Source of the DNA: an uncultured Actinomycetes bacterium
GTDB taxonomy: Bacteria; Actinomycetota; Thermoleophilia; UBA2241
Assembly: GCA_963767005.1 (NCBI GenBank)
Contig: CAVYCN010000006.1
Span: forward strand, 32,001-96,000
Direction of reading: 5' to 3'
Length of the DNA stretch: 64,000 bases
A program made the translations under genes and the position numbers. Within the stretch, counting starts at the first letter, position 1, and every line of letters begins with the position of its first letter. The notes beneath the pieces were generated by a model. It was not told the origin of the DNA and searched no databases. It saw only the letters and a list, made by a program, of their open reading frames with translations. Below, one piece after another: positions 56,482-64,000 of this stretch.

Positions 56482-58884
56482 CTACTTGCCGGCGACGTTG
56501 ACCGTGCCGCCGAGCGTCCCGGGAGCCGGCCAGGGCTGGGGCCGGCCGTCGCCGGGCGGCGCGGCGACGCCGTCCGGCGCCGCCGCGCCACGCCCTTCGA
56601 CGCTCACGTTCGGCAGCCACTCGAGCCAGCGCGGCAGGTACCAGTTCCAGTCGCCGAGCAGCTCCATGGCGGCCGGCACGATGATCGTGCGCACCACGGT
56701 GGCGTCGAGCAGCACGGCCACGGCAAGGCCGAAGCCTATCTGCTGGAACATGACCAGGCGGCCGCCGGCCATGCCGGCGAAGACACACACCATGATCGCC
56801 GCGGCGCCGGTGATGATGCTCGCTGTGCGGCCCACGCCCCAGGCCACCGCCTCGCGCGTGTCGCCGGTATGGTCGTAGCGCTCCTTGATGCGCGACAGCA
56901 GGAACACCTGGTAGTCCATCGAGAGACCGAACAGCAGGCTGAACAGGAACAGCGGCACCCAGGCCTCGATCGTGTCGACCCTGGTCAGGCCGAGCAGGTG
57001 GGCGCCCACGCCCTTCTGGAAGACCAGCACCAGCAGGCCGTACGAGGCGCCGACCGACAGCAGGTTCATGGCGATCGCCTTGGCCGGGATGACGATCGAG
57101 CGGAAGGCGACGAGCAGCAGCACGAACGAGAGCGACAGCACGACGGTCAGGGCGATCGGCAGCCAGCGGTGGAAGAAGGCGAGGTAGTCGACGACGAAGG
57201 CGGTGTTGCCCGACACATACACCTTGGCCGGCGCGTCGCCAAAGGCGGCCGGCACCATGTCCGCGCGTACGTGCTTGACGAGGGCCTGGGCGGCCTCGCC
57301 GGCCGGGTCGCCCGCCAGGGTGGTCGTGACCACCGTCAGGTCGCCGGCCTTGTCGACCACCGTCTGGGCGGAGCCGAAGCGGCCGTCGCGCTTCATGGCG
57401 GCGACGAGCGTCGCGACGCCGCGACGCACGGCCGGAGTGGCCGCCGGCCCGTCGACCACGATCTGCAAGGGGTCGACCTTGCCCAGGCTGAAGTCGCGCC
57501 CGAGGATGTCCCAGCCCTGCTTGGCGTACTGGTCGGCCGGCAGGTAGCGGGCCGTCATGTTGGTGTTGCCGGTCTTCATCGCGAGCACCGGAGCGGCCAG
57601 CACGAGCAGGCAGACGACCGCCGCGATGAGCCACACCGCGGGCCGCCGCATGATGCTGTGGGCGAGGCGTTCGAACAGGCCCGAGCGACCGCTCGCGCGG
57701 TCCATCGCGAGGCGGCCGACGAGCGGTAGGCGCAGGGCGTTCACGCGGTCGCCGAGCAGGCCGAGCAGGGCCGGCAGCAGCACCAGGGTCGTAGCGAGGG
57801 TCGTGAAGACCACGAGCATCACACCGAGGCCCATGCCGATCGTGATGTCGAGCGGCACGATGACCATGCCGAGCATGGCGAGCACGACGGTCATGCCGCT
57901 GAAGAAGATGGCGCGATTGGCCGTGGCGCCGGTCGCGGCGATGGCGTCGATCCGGTCCAGGCCGTGGGCGCGCTCCTCGCGATAGCGCGAGACCACGAAC
58001 AGCGTGTAGTCGATGCCGACGGCGAGACCCATCATCGTGAGGACGTTCAGCACGAAGGTGTTGATCGGATAGACCTGGCCGATCAGGCCGGTCAGGGCCA
58101 AGGCCAGCACGATGCTCACGATGCTGAGCAGGAGCGGCATGCCGGCCGCGACCAGGGCGCCGAACACGACGACGAGGATGACGAGGGCCGCCGGTATGCC
58201 GAACACCTCGGCGTTCTCGAGGTCGCCCTTGGCCACCGTGTCGATCATCTTGTTGAGGCTGGCGTCGCCGGTCTGGGCGAGCGTGAAGCCGGGCTGCGCG
58301 CTCGCGACCACCGCGGCGTGCAGCCTGTCGACGTTCTTCTCGGCCTGGTCGAGGTCGCCGGCCATGACCACCGGGATCAGGGTGGCGTGACCGTCGCGCG
58401 AGCGCAGCGTCTGGTCGCGGCTCGTGTAGAGGGTCGAGACGTTCTGGACGACGCCGGCGCCGAGCTTGCCGATACGTCCGGCGACGCCCTCGACGTACGC
58501 CCGAAAGCGCGGGTCGCCGACCTTGTAGCTGGCCGAGCGCACGATCACGAAGTCGGTGTAGCGCTGCGGGCCGGTGAGCCGCTGCTGCACCAGGTTCTGG
58601 CCGATCACGCTGTCGGGCTCGCCGCCGCGGAACTTCATGTCCGAGGTAACGCCGCTGCCGAGCAGCGCTCCCATCGACACGACGGCCACGGCGACCAGCG
58701 CAAGCCAGGCCCCGGTCGCCCGCCACGGATGTGTCGCGCTCGCGCGCGCGAGCCGCTCGGTGAACGACACGCGGCCCGCCGCGGCCCCGGCCGCGCTCCC
58801 GTGCGCACCGTTCGTCGCTTCGCTCGCGGCCCTCGCGCCGCCGTCGGCCTCCGCCGTGCTTCGCCTGCGCGTCGTCTGCCTCAT
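56482..58884 (-). CDS. MMPL family (RND superfamily) transporter
   Basis: GLAVGIDYTLFVVSRYREE, FGLSMDYQVFLLSRIKE, WNWYLPRWLEWLP. Start uncertain, ATG 58884 chosen. Confidence 0.9.
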   Translation of the reverse strand: MRQTTRRRSTAEADGGARAASEATNGAHGSAAGAAAGRVSFTERLARASATHPWRATGAWLALVAVAVVSMGALLGSGVTSDMKFRGGEPDSVIGQNLVQQRLTGPQRYTDFVIVRSASYKVGDPRFRAYVEGVAGRIGKLGAGVVQNVSTLYTSRDQTLRSRDGHATLIPVVMAGDLDQAEKNVDRLHAAVVASAQPGFTLAQTGDASLNKMIDTVAKGDLENAEVFGIPAALVILVVVFGALVAAGMPLLLSIVSIVLALALTGLIGQVYPINTFVLNVLTMMGLAVGIDYTLFVVSRYREERAHGLDRIDAIAATGATANRAIFFSGMTVVLAMLGMVIVPLDITIGMGLGVMLVVFTTLATTLVLLPALLGLLGDRVNALRLPLVGRLAMDRASGRSGLFERLAHSIMRRPAVWLIAAVVCLLVLAAPVLAMKTGNTNMTARYLPADQYAKQGWDILGRDFSLGKVDPLQIVVDGPAATPAVRRGVATLVAAMKRDGRFGSAQTVVDKAGDLTVVTTTLAGDPAGEAAQALVKHVRADMVPAAFGDAPAKVYVSGNTAFVVDYLAFFHRWLPIALTVVLSLSFVLLLVAFRSIVIPAKAIAMNLLSVGASYGLLVLVFQKGVGAHLLGLTRVDTIEAWVPLFLFSLLFGLSMDYQVFLLSRIKERYDHTGDTREAVAWGVGRTASIITGAAAIMVCVFAGMAGGRLVMFQQIGFGLAVAVLLDATVVRTIIVPAAMELLGDWNWYLPRWLEWLPNVSVEGRGAAAPDGVAAPPGDGRPQPWPAPGTLGGTVNVAGK

Positions 58885-59184
58885 GACACCCCTCACCGTC
58901 GCCGTCGCCCTCGGGGCCTTAAGCTCGGCCCTCGCCAGAAGGCTACGCGGCGGCGAGCGCCGCGGCGTCGCTCCAGCGTGGCGCATCGGGGTCAACTGCG
59001 GGGGGAGATCGCGGTGCCGCGCGGGTCCGCCCGCGAGTGACGAGCGGCCCCCTCTACCCCGGCGGAGGTAGACGACGACCCTCCCGGGGAAGACCCGCCA
59101 GAAACCCGGGGCCTGTGGCGCAGCGGCCGCCGCGGCGGCCGGATGATAGGCTTTCGCGACTCGCGAGCAACGGAGGTCCCGCAC

Positions 59185-60381
59185 GTGACGACCACCCACC
59201 CCACGCCACCGGCGGCCCCGCCGGCGCCGGGTCGCACCGGCGCCGTGCCGGACGTGGGCGAGACGCCCACGACCGGCACGGCGCCGCGCTACCACGCCCC
59301 GCTCAGCGGCGGCGTCGAGCAGATCGACACGCCGGCGCTGCTGCTCGACCGCGACCGGCTCGAACGCAACATCGCCGCCATGGCGGCCTTCGTCGCGGGC
59401 GGCCCGGCGCAGCTCCGGCCGCACAGCAAGACCCACAAGTGCGTCGAGATCGCCCGCCTGCAGCTCGCCGCCGGCGCGGTCGGCATCACCTGCGCCAAAG
59501 TCGGTGAGGCCGAGGCCCTGGCGGCCGGCGGCATCCTCGACATCCTGATCGCCAACCAGGTGGTCGGACCCATCAAGATCGCCCGCCTGGTCGCCCTGGC
59601 GCAGCGCTGCGCCCTGACGGTTGCGGTCGACGACGCCGGCAACGTGGCCGCCCTCTCGGCGGCCGCGGCGGCCGCCGGCGTCACGCTGCGCTGCTACGTC
59701 GAGGTCGACGTCGGCATGGCGCGCTGCGGCGTCGCCGACGGCGCCGCCGCGCTCGAGCTCGCCCTCCGGGTGGCCGCCGCGCCCGGCCTGGTCTTCGCCG
59801 GCCTGCAGACCTACGAAGGCCACCTCCAGGAGGTCGTGCCGCTTGCCGAGCGCGTCGCGCGCACCCGCCACGACATGGCCGCGGCGCTCGCGGCCCGGCA
59901 GGCCGTCGAGGCCGGCGGCCTGCCGGTCGGCCAGGTGAGCGGCGGTGGCACCGGCACGCACATGGTGACCGGGCGGCTGCCCTACATGACCGAGCTGCAG
60001 TGCGGCTCCTACGCCACGATGGACGCGCTGTACGCGGCGGTCGGCGGCGCCGACTTCGAGAACGCCCTCACGGTGCTCGCCACGGTGATCAGCCGGCCGC
60101 GACGCGATCGCGCCGTGCTCGACGCCGGCCTCAAGGCCGTGACGCCCGAGTTCGGCCCGCCGACGGTGCTCGTCGACGGAGCGACCTGGCTCGACTTCTC
60201 CGAGGAGCACGGCGAGCTCGCCCTCGAGGGCGCCGCGTGCGGGCTGCGCATCGGCGACAAGATCGCGCTCGTGCCGCGCCACGGCTGCACGACGATCAAC
60301 CTCTACGACGAGATCCACGTGCTGCGCGACGGGCGCCTCGACGACGTGTGGCGCGTGACCGGTCGCGGCCGGAGCCAGTGA
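59185..60381 (+). CDS. DSD1-family PLP enzyme (D-threonine aldolase / D-serine dehydratase-like)
   Basis: DTPALL, LRPHSKTHK, YEGH, GGGTGT, SEEHG, HGCTTINLYD. Confidence 0.9.
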   Translation: MTTTHPTPPAAPPAPGRTGAVPDVGETPTTGTAPRYHAPLSGGVEQIDTPALLLDRDRLERNIAAMAAFVAGGPAQLRPHSKTHKCVEIARLQLAAGAVGITCAKVGEAEALAAGGILDILIANQVVGPIKIARLVALAQRCALTVAVDDAGNVAALSAAAAAAGVTLRCYVEVDVGMARCGVADGAAALELALRVAAAPGLVFAGLQTYEGHLQEVVPLAERVARTRHDMAAALAARQAVEAGGLPVGQVSGGGTGTHMVTGRLPYMTELQCGSYATMDALYAAVGGADFENALTVLATVISRPRRDRAVLDAGLKAVTPEFGPPTVLVDGATWLDFSEEHGELALEGAACGLRIGDKIALVPRHGCTTINLYDEIHVLRDGRLDDVWRVTGRGRSQ

Positions 60382-61397
60382 TGGACGGCGGGCTCGCTTC
60401 GTTCGTCCGCGCCCTGCCCAAGGCCGAGCTCCACCTGCACATCGAGGGCACGCTCGAGCCCGAGCTCATGCTCGCCCTCGGCGAGCGCAACGGCGTGCAC
60501 GTGCCCTACGCCGACGCCGACGAGGCGCGCGCCGCCTACCGGTTCTCCGACCTGCGCTCGTTCCTCAACCTCTACTACCGCGGCATGGAGGTGCTGCGCC
60601 ACGAGGCCGACTTCTGCGAGCTCACGGCCGCCTATCTGCGCCGCGCTCACCGCGACGGCGCGCGCCACGTCGAAGTCTTCTTCGACCCGCAGAGCCACGT
60701 CGTGCGCGGCGTACCGTTCGACGAGGTCGTGGCCGGCATCGCGGCGGCGCTCGCCGACGCCGAGCGCGAGCTCGGCCTCTCGTCTCGCCTGATCATGTGC
60801 TTCCTGCGCGACGAGAGCCCGAGCAGCGCCCGCGAGGTCCTGCACCAGGCGCTGCGCTACCGCGACCTCATCGTCGGCGTGGGCCTCGACTCGGCCGAGG
60901 TCGGCCACCCGCCGCGCGACTTCGCGGCGATCTTCGCAGAGGCGCGCGCGGCCGGCTTTGTGACCGTCGCCCACGCCGGCGAGGAGGGCCCGGCCGGCTA
61001 CGTGAGCGAGGCACTCGACGTGCTCGCGGTGCGGCGCATCGACCACGGCGTGCACGCGATCGACGACCCCGCACTCGTCGCGCGCCTGCGCCGCGACCAC
61101 GTGACGCTCACCATGTGCCCGCTCTCGAACCTGCGCCTGCGCGTGGTCAACGACCTCGCCGAGCATCCGCTCGCGCGCCTGCTCCGGGCCGGCGTGCCGG
61201 TCACCATCAATTCCGACGACCCCGCCTACTTCGGCGGCTACCTGGTCGACAACTACCTGGCCGTCGCCGAGGCCCTGCGTCTCGAGCCGGCCGAGCTGGT
61301 CGCACTCGCCCGCAACTCGATCACCGGCTCGCTGCTGACCGACGAGCGCTGCGCCGCGCTGCTCGCCGAGCTCGACGAGCAGGCGACCCGCGCCTGA
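60381..61397 (+). CDS. Adenine/adenosine deaminase
   Basis: LPKAELHLHIEGTLEP, FFDPQSH, AHAGEEG, RIDHG, CPLSN, NSDDPAYFGG. Confidence 0.93.
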   Translation: MDGGLASFVRALPKAELHLHIEGTLEPELMLALGERNGVHVPYADADEARAAYRFSDLRSFLNLYYRGMEVLRHEADFCELTAAYLRRAHRDGARHVEVFFDPQSHVVRGVPFDEVVAGIAAALADAERELGLSSRLIMCFLRDESPSSAREVLHQALRYRDLIVGVGLDSAEVGHPPRDFAAIFAEARAAGFVTVAHAGEEGPAGYVSEALDVLAVRRIDHGVHAIDDPALVARLRRDHVTLTMCPLSNLRLRVVNDLAEHPLARLLRAGVPVTINSDDPAYFGGYLVDNYLAVAEALRLEPAELVALARNSITGSLLTDERCAALLAELDEQATRA

Positions 61398-61447
61398 CGG
61401 TTCCAGGCCTCTGCGACGAGCAGGCGGCCCGCGCCTGACGGTTCCAG
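61373..61447. repeat. 34-bp duplication of the deaminase 3' end including the stop codon
   Basis: CGACGAGCAGGCGRCCCGCGCCTGACGGTTCCAG at 61373 and 61414, one mismatch. Confidence 0.85.
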
Positions 61448-61487
61448 ACGCTTCCGCCGGCCCCGCCCCCGTCATATCCTTGCTCGC

Positions 61488-62015
61488 ATGCCGCAGCTCG
61501 TCACACCGGCCGAGGAATACCGCGCCTCGTTTCTGGCGGCGCTCGTCGAGTACCACGAGGAGCACCGCCACCTCGAGCTCGGCCTCGAGACGCTGAACGC
61601 GCCCGACTCGTTCGCCCGCTACGTGGCCGCGCTGCGCGCCGAAGAGAACCTGCACACCGATGACCGCTCAGGGCGCGTGCCGCAGACGAACCTCTGGTGG
61701 GTCGACGGCTACGAGTACCTGGGACGCATCGCAATCCGCCACCGGTTGAACGCCGGCCTGCGCAGCGTCGGCGGCCACATCGGCTACGAGATCCGTCCGA
61801 GAGCGCGCCATCGCGGCCACGCCACCGCGATGCTCGCCGCGGCCCTGCCGCTCGCCCACGCCATGACGATCGACCCGGCGCTCATCACCTGCGACGTGAA
61901 CAACACGATCTCGCGGCGGGTGATCGAGGCCAACGGCGGACGCTACGCCGGCCGTGACGGCGACGAGCTGCACTTCTGGGTGCCGACCTCACCGCCCGCC
62001 GCGCCCGACTGTTAG
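61488..62015 (+). CDS. GNAT acetyltransferase
   Basis: GRIAIRHRLN, GGHIGYEIRPRARHRGHAT, ITCDVNNTISRRVIEANGG. Confidence 0.9.
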   Translation: MPQLVTPAEEYRASFLAALVEYHEEHRHLELGLETLNAPDSFARYVAALRAEENLHTDDRSGRVPQTNLWWVDGYEYLGRIAIRHRLNAGLRSVGGHIGYEIRPRARHRGHATAMLAAALPLAHAMTIDPALITCDVNNTISRRVIEANGGRYAGRDGDELHFWVPTSPPAAPDC

Positions 62016-62033
62016 CCGGGCACCCGTTGCGGG

Positions 62034-62324
62034 CTACGCGCGGCGCTCCTCCTCGCGGTCGAGCATCTCGTGCAGCTCGCGGGCCGAAACCTGGCGCAGC
62101 CGCAGGGCGGTGGCGCCGGCACGCAGGAACCGGGGCACGTAGTCGTTGATGGCCTCTTCGGCCCCGCCGGCGCGCACGAACACGTAGCCGGTGTGGTTGC
62201 CGACGAAGCAGCCCCACTCGTAGGCCTCCTGAAAACCCGGGCCCTGGTTGAGGGTCGCGTCGATCGACTCGAGACAGCGCTCCGGATCGTGTGGCACGAC
62301 GACGAGGAATCGCGCCCGGGCCAT
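62034..62324 (-). CDS. Hypothetical small protein
   Basis: GGGAGGGG RBS, host-like codon usage, VPH..C...WGC..GNHTGY. Confidence 0.7.
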   Translation of the reverse strand: MARARFLVVVPHDPERCLESIDATLNQGPGFQEAYEWGCFVGNHTGYVFVRAGGAEEAINDYVPRFLRAGATALRLRQVSARELHEMLDREEERRA

Positions 62325-62490
62325 CGCCCCCTCCCTTGCTTGCGCGCCAGAGACTGACTGGCGGATGCCCGCCGCGAGAGGCGGCCAAACCGGCCCCGGC
62401 AGTGACGACCGGCAGCCGGCAGCCGTCGGCGTCGGCCGGCCGCTGGCGTATCATCCGTGCGAGCTTGGCTTTCCGACCGAAGGAGACGAC

Positions 62491-63165
62491 GTGGGCAGGC
62501 TGGCACGCGGCGTCGCCTGGGGCGCCATCTTCTGGTGCGCCTTCCTGGCCTTCTGGACGCGCGCGGCGGGGCTTGCGTGGGTGCCGTTCGCCGTTCTCGC
62601 CGTCCTGTGCGTCGTCTTCCTCGTGCTCTCGGGTCGGCGTGAGCGGCGTGCCGGCAAGTCCCTGCCCCGGGGCGTCAAGCGACTCGCCTACCGCAGCGAC
62701 GAGACCTACGTGGCGTTCTGCTGGCTCTGGCACCGCGGCCAGCCACGACGGATGCGCGTGCTGCGGTCCGACGAGCACGCCGCCGCGGCGGCGGACGAGG
62801 CCGAGGGCCAGACCTGCGTCTACGACGGCGGGGACGACCGGTTCGTCGACGACGGCGTCGCGCCGCGCCGGACCTACCACTACAGCCTCTTCGTGGCGAA
62901 CGCGGCGGCAGGCTGGGCCGAGCCGGTCTGCCAGTCGGTGATGACGTACTCGCAAGCCGACCAGGTCTCGCTCGAGTCGCAGAGCCCGGCTCCGCCGCTC
63001 ACACGAGAGCAGGCGAACGCGGCCGAGCTGATGATGGCCCTGCGGCGAGGCCCGGACTGCCTCCTGACCGACAGCGTGGCCGGCGTCGCCACCGACCTCA
63101 TCTTCGCCGCGGCGTCGGTGTTCGCCGGCGACAAGGCCGCGGACGGCTGGCAGGAGATCACGTAG
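62491..63165 (+). CDS. Hypothetical membrane protein (two TM helices plus an FN3-like segment)
   Basis: AAGGAG RBS and GTG 62491; FVDDGVAPRRTYHYSLF. Confidence 0.65.
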   Translation: MGRLARGVAWGAIFWCAFLAFWTRAAGLAWVPFAVLAVLCVVFLVLSGRRERRAGKSLPRGVKRLAYRSDETYVAFCWLWHRGQPRRMRVLRSDEHAAAAADEAEGQTCVYDGGDDRFVDDGVAPRRTYHYSLFVANAAAGWAEPVCQSVMTYSQADQVSLESQSPAPPLTREQANAAELMMALRRGPDCLLTDSVAGVATDLIFAAASVFAGDKAADGWQEIT

Positions 63166-63196
63166 GTCGTCGGGCGGCCGCCGGCGACCCGGCCGG

Positions 63197-63745
63197 TCAG
63201 CTCCGGGCAGCCTGTCTGGACGGCGCGAAGTCGACCGCGTCGCTGCGCGCCACCTTCACATACGAGCCCAGCGTCGCGTTGTGATGAGCGATGATCTGGG
63301 GCGCGGTCAGCGCCTCGGTGTCGAAGGTGCTGTGAGCATCGCCGACCAGGATGACGCCGAGTCCGAGGGTCACGGCCTGGCGGACCGTCGAGTCGACACA
63401 GAACTCGGTCTGCAGGCCGCAGACCACGACCTCGTCCACGCCGAGCTGGGCCAGGGTCTCCGCGAGCCCGGTGTCGTGGAACGCGCTGCCGTGGGTCTTG
63501 CGCACGAAGCGGTCGCCGTCCCTGTGTACGTCGAGGCCGTCCACGAAGTCCCACAGGGCCGACTCCGCGACGATCTCCTCGTCCTCGTGCTGCACGAAGA
63601 AGACCGGGCTGCCGGCGGCGCGCGCCGCGGCGGTCAGGCCGTTGATGGTGGCGACCAGCGCGCCGCCTTCGTGGACCTCGTGGACCGCGCCGTCCTCCCA
63701 GGCGTACACGCCCTTCTGGACGTCGATCACGAGCAGTGCCTTCAC
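63197..63745 (-). CDS. Isochorismatase-family cysteine hydrolase
   Basis: ALLVIDVQ, KTHGSAF, GLQTEFCVDST, DAHST. Confidence 0.92.
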   Translation of the reverse strand: MKALLVIDVQKGVYAWEDGAVHEVHEGGALVATINGLTAAARAAGSPVFFVQHEDEEIVAESALWDFVDGLDVHRDGDRFVRKTHGSAFHDTGLAETLAQLGVDEVVVCGLQTEFCVDSTVRQAVTLGLGVILVGDAHSTFDTEALTAPQIIAHHNATLGSYVKVARSDAVDFAPSRQAARS

Positions 63746-63940
63746 GGGATCTCCTTTCTGGACCGGCCCGACGGACCCGCCCCTGGACGCATGCCGACCC
63801 GCCGCGCACCACGCGCGCGGCGCACGACATGCTATGCCCGAACAGACAACGTCCCATCCTCAAGGAACCGTGGCCCGGCACGATAACCGTCGTGAAGGGC
63901 GCCCATGTCGGCACGACCCACCGGCCCGAGGAGGGACATC

Positions 63941-64000
63941 ATGCTCCACTGCAGCTCCTGCGGCCTGTCGCTGTCGCGGGGCGCTGCCATCTGTCCGGCC
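63941..64000 (+). CDS. Start of a zinc-ribbon-containing protein (partial)
   Basis: GAGGAGG RBS; MLHCSSCGLSLSRGAAICPA. Confidence 0.55.
   Translation, partial: MLHCSSCGLSLSRGAAICPA

Noticed and set aside
56482-60318. 1278-aa extended MMPL ORF
   Set aside because: The extension is the antisense shadow of the DSD1-family gene; MMPL homology begins after about 58884.

Overview
Very GC-rich bacterial DNA. Gene content and codon style suggest an anaerobic or facultative actinobacterium, possibly Thermoleophilia-like (inference). I call about 56 complete CDS and two partial ones; I found no rRNA, tRNA, CRISPR array or transposase. The headline is a minus-strand mtbB-mttB operon (dimethylamine and trimethylamine:corrinoid methyltransferases). 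Each gene is interrupted by one in-frame TAG exactly at the known pyrrolysine position (22763-22765 and 21358-21360), so the ORF track splits both genes. This points to genetic-code expansion with pyrrolysine, although 24 of 56 genes here still end in TAG. Next to it are an Lrp regulator, a divergent non-Pyl MttB-family paralogue, an E. coli ygcW/E/U/R/Q-like catabolic module, a peptide-type ABC importer and an FAD oxidoreductase. A 19-bp operator is identical upstream of mtbB and in the TetR/FAD-oxidoreductase intergenic region 17 kb away, suggesting one regulon. The left part carries a NuoE/NuoF/cofactor-less NuoG-FdhF plus NfnAB electron-bifurcation operon, a divergent DRTGG/RsbW/[FeFe]-hydrogenase-like sensory cluster and a flavinylation module. 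The right part has a fused second NfnAB and ordinary transport, regulatory and housekeeping genes. No pylTSBCD or corrinoid-protein genes are visible in the window. All family assignments come from recognised motifs, not database searches.
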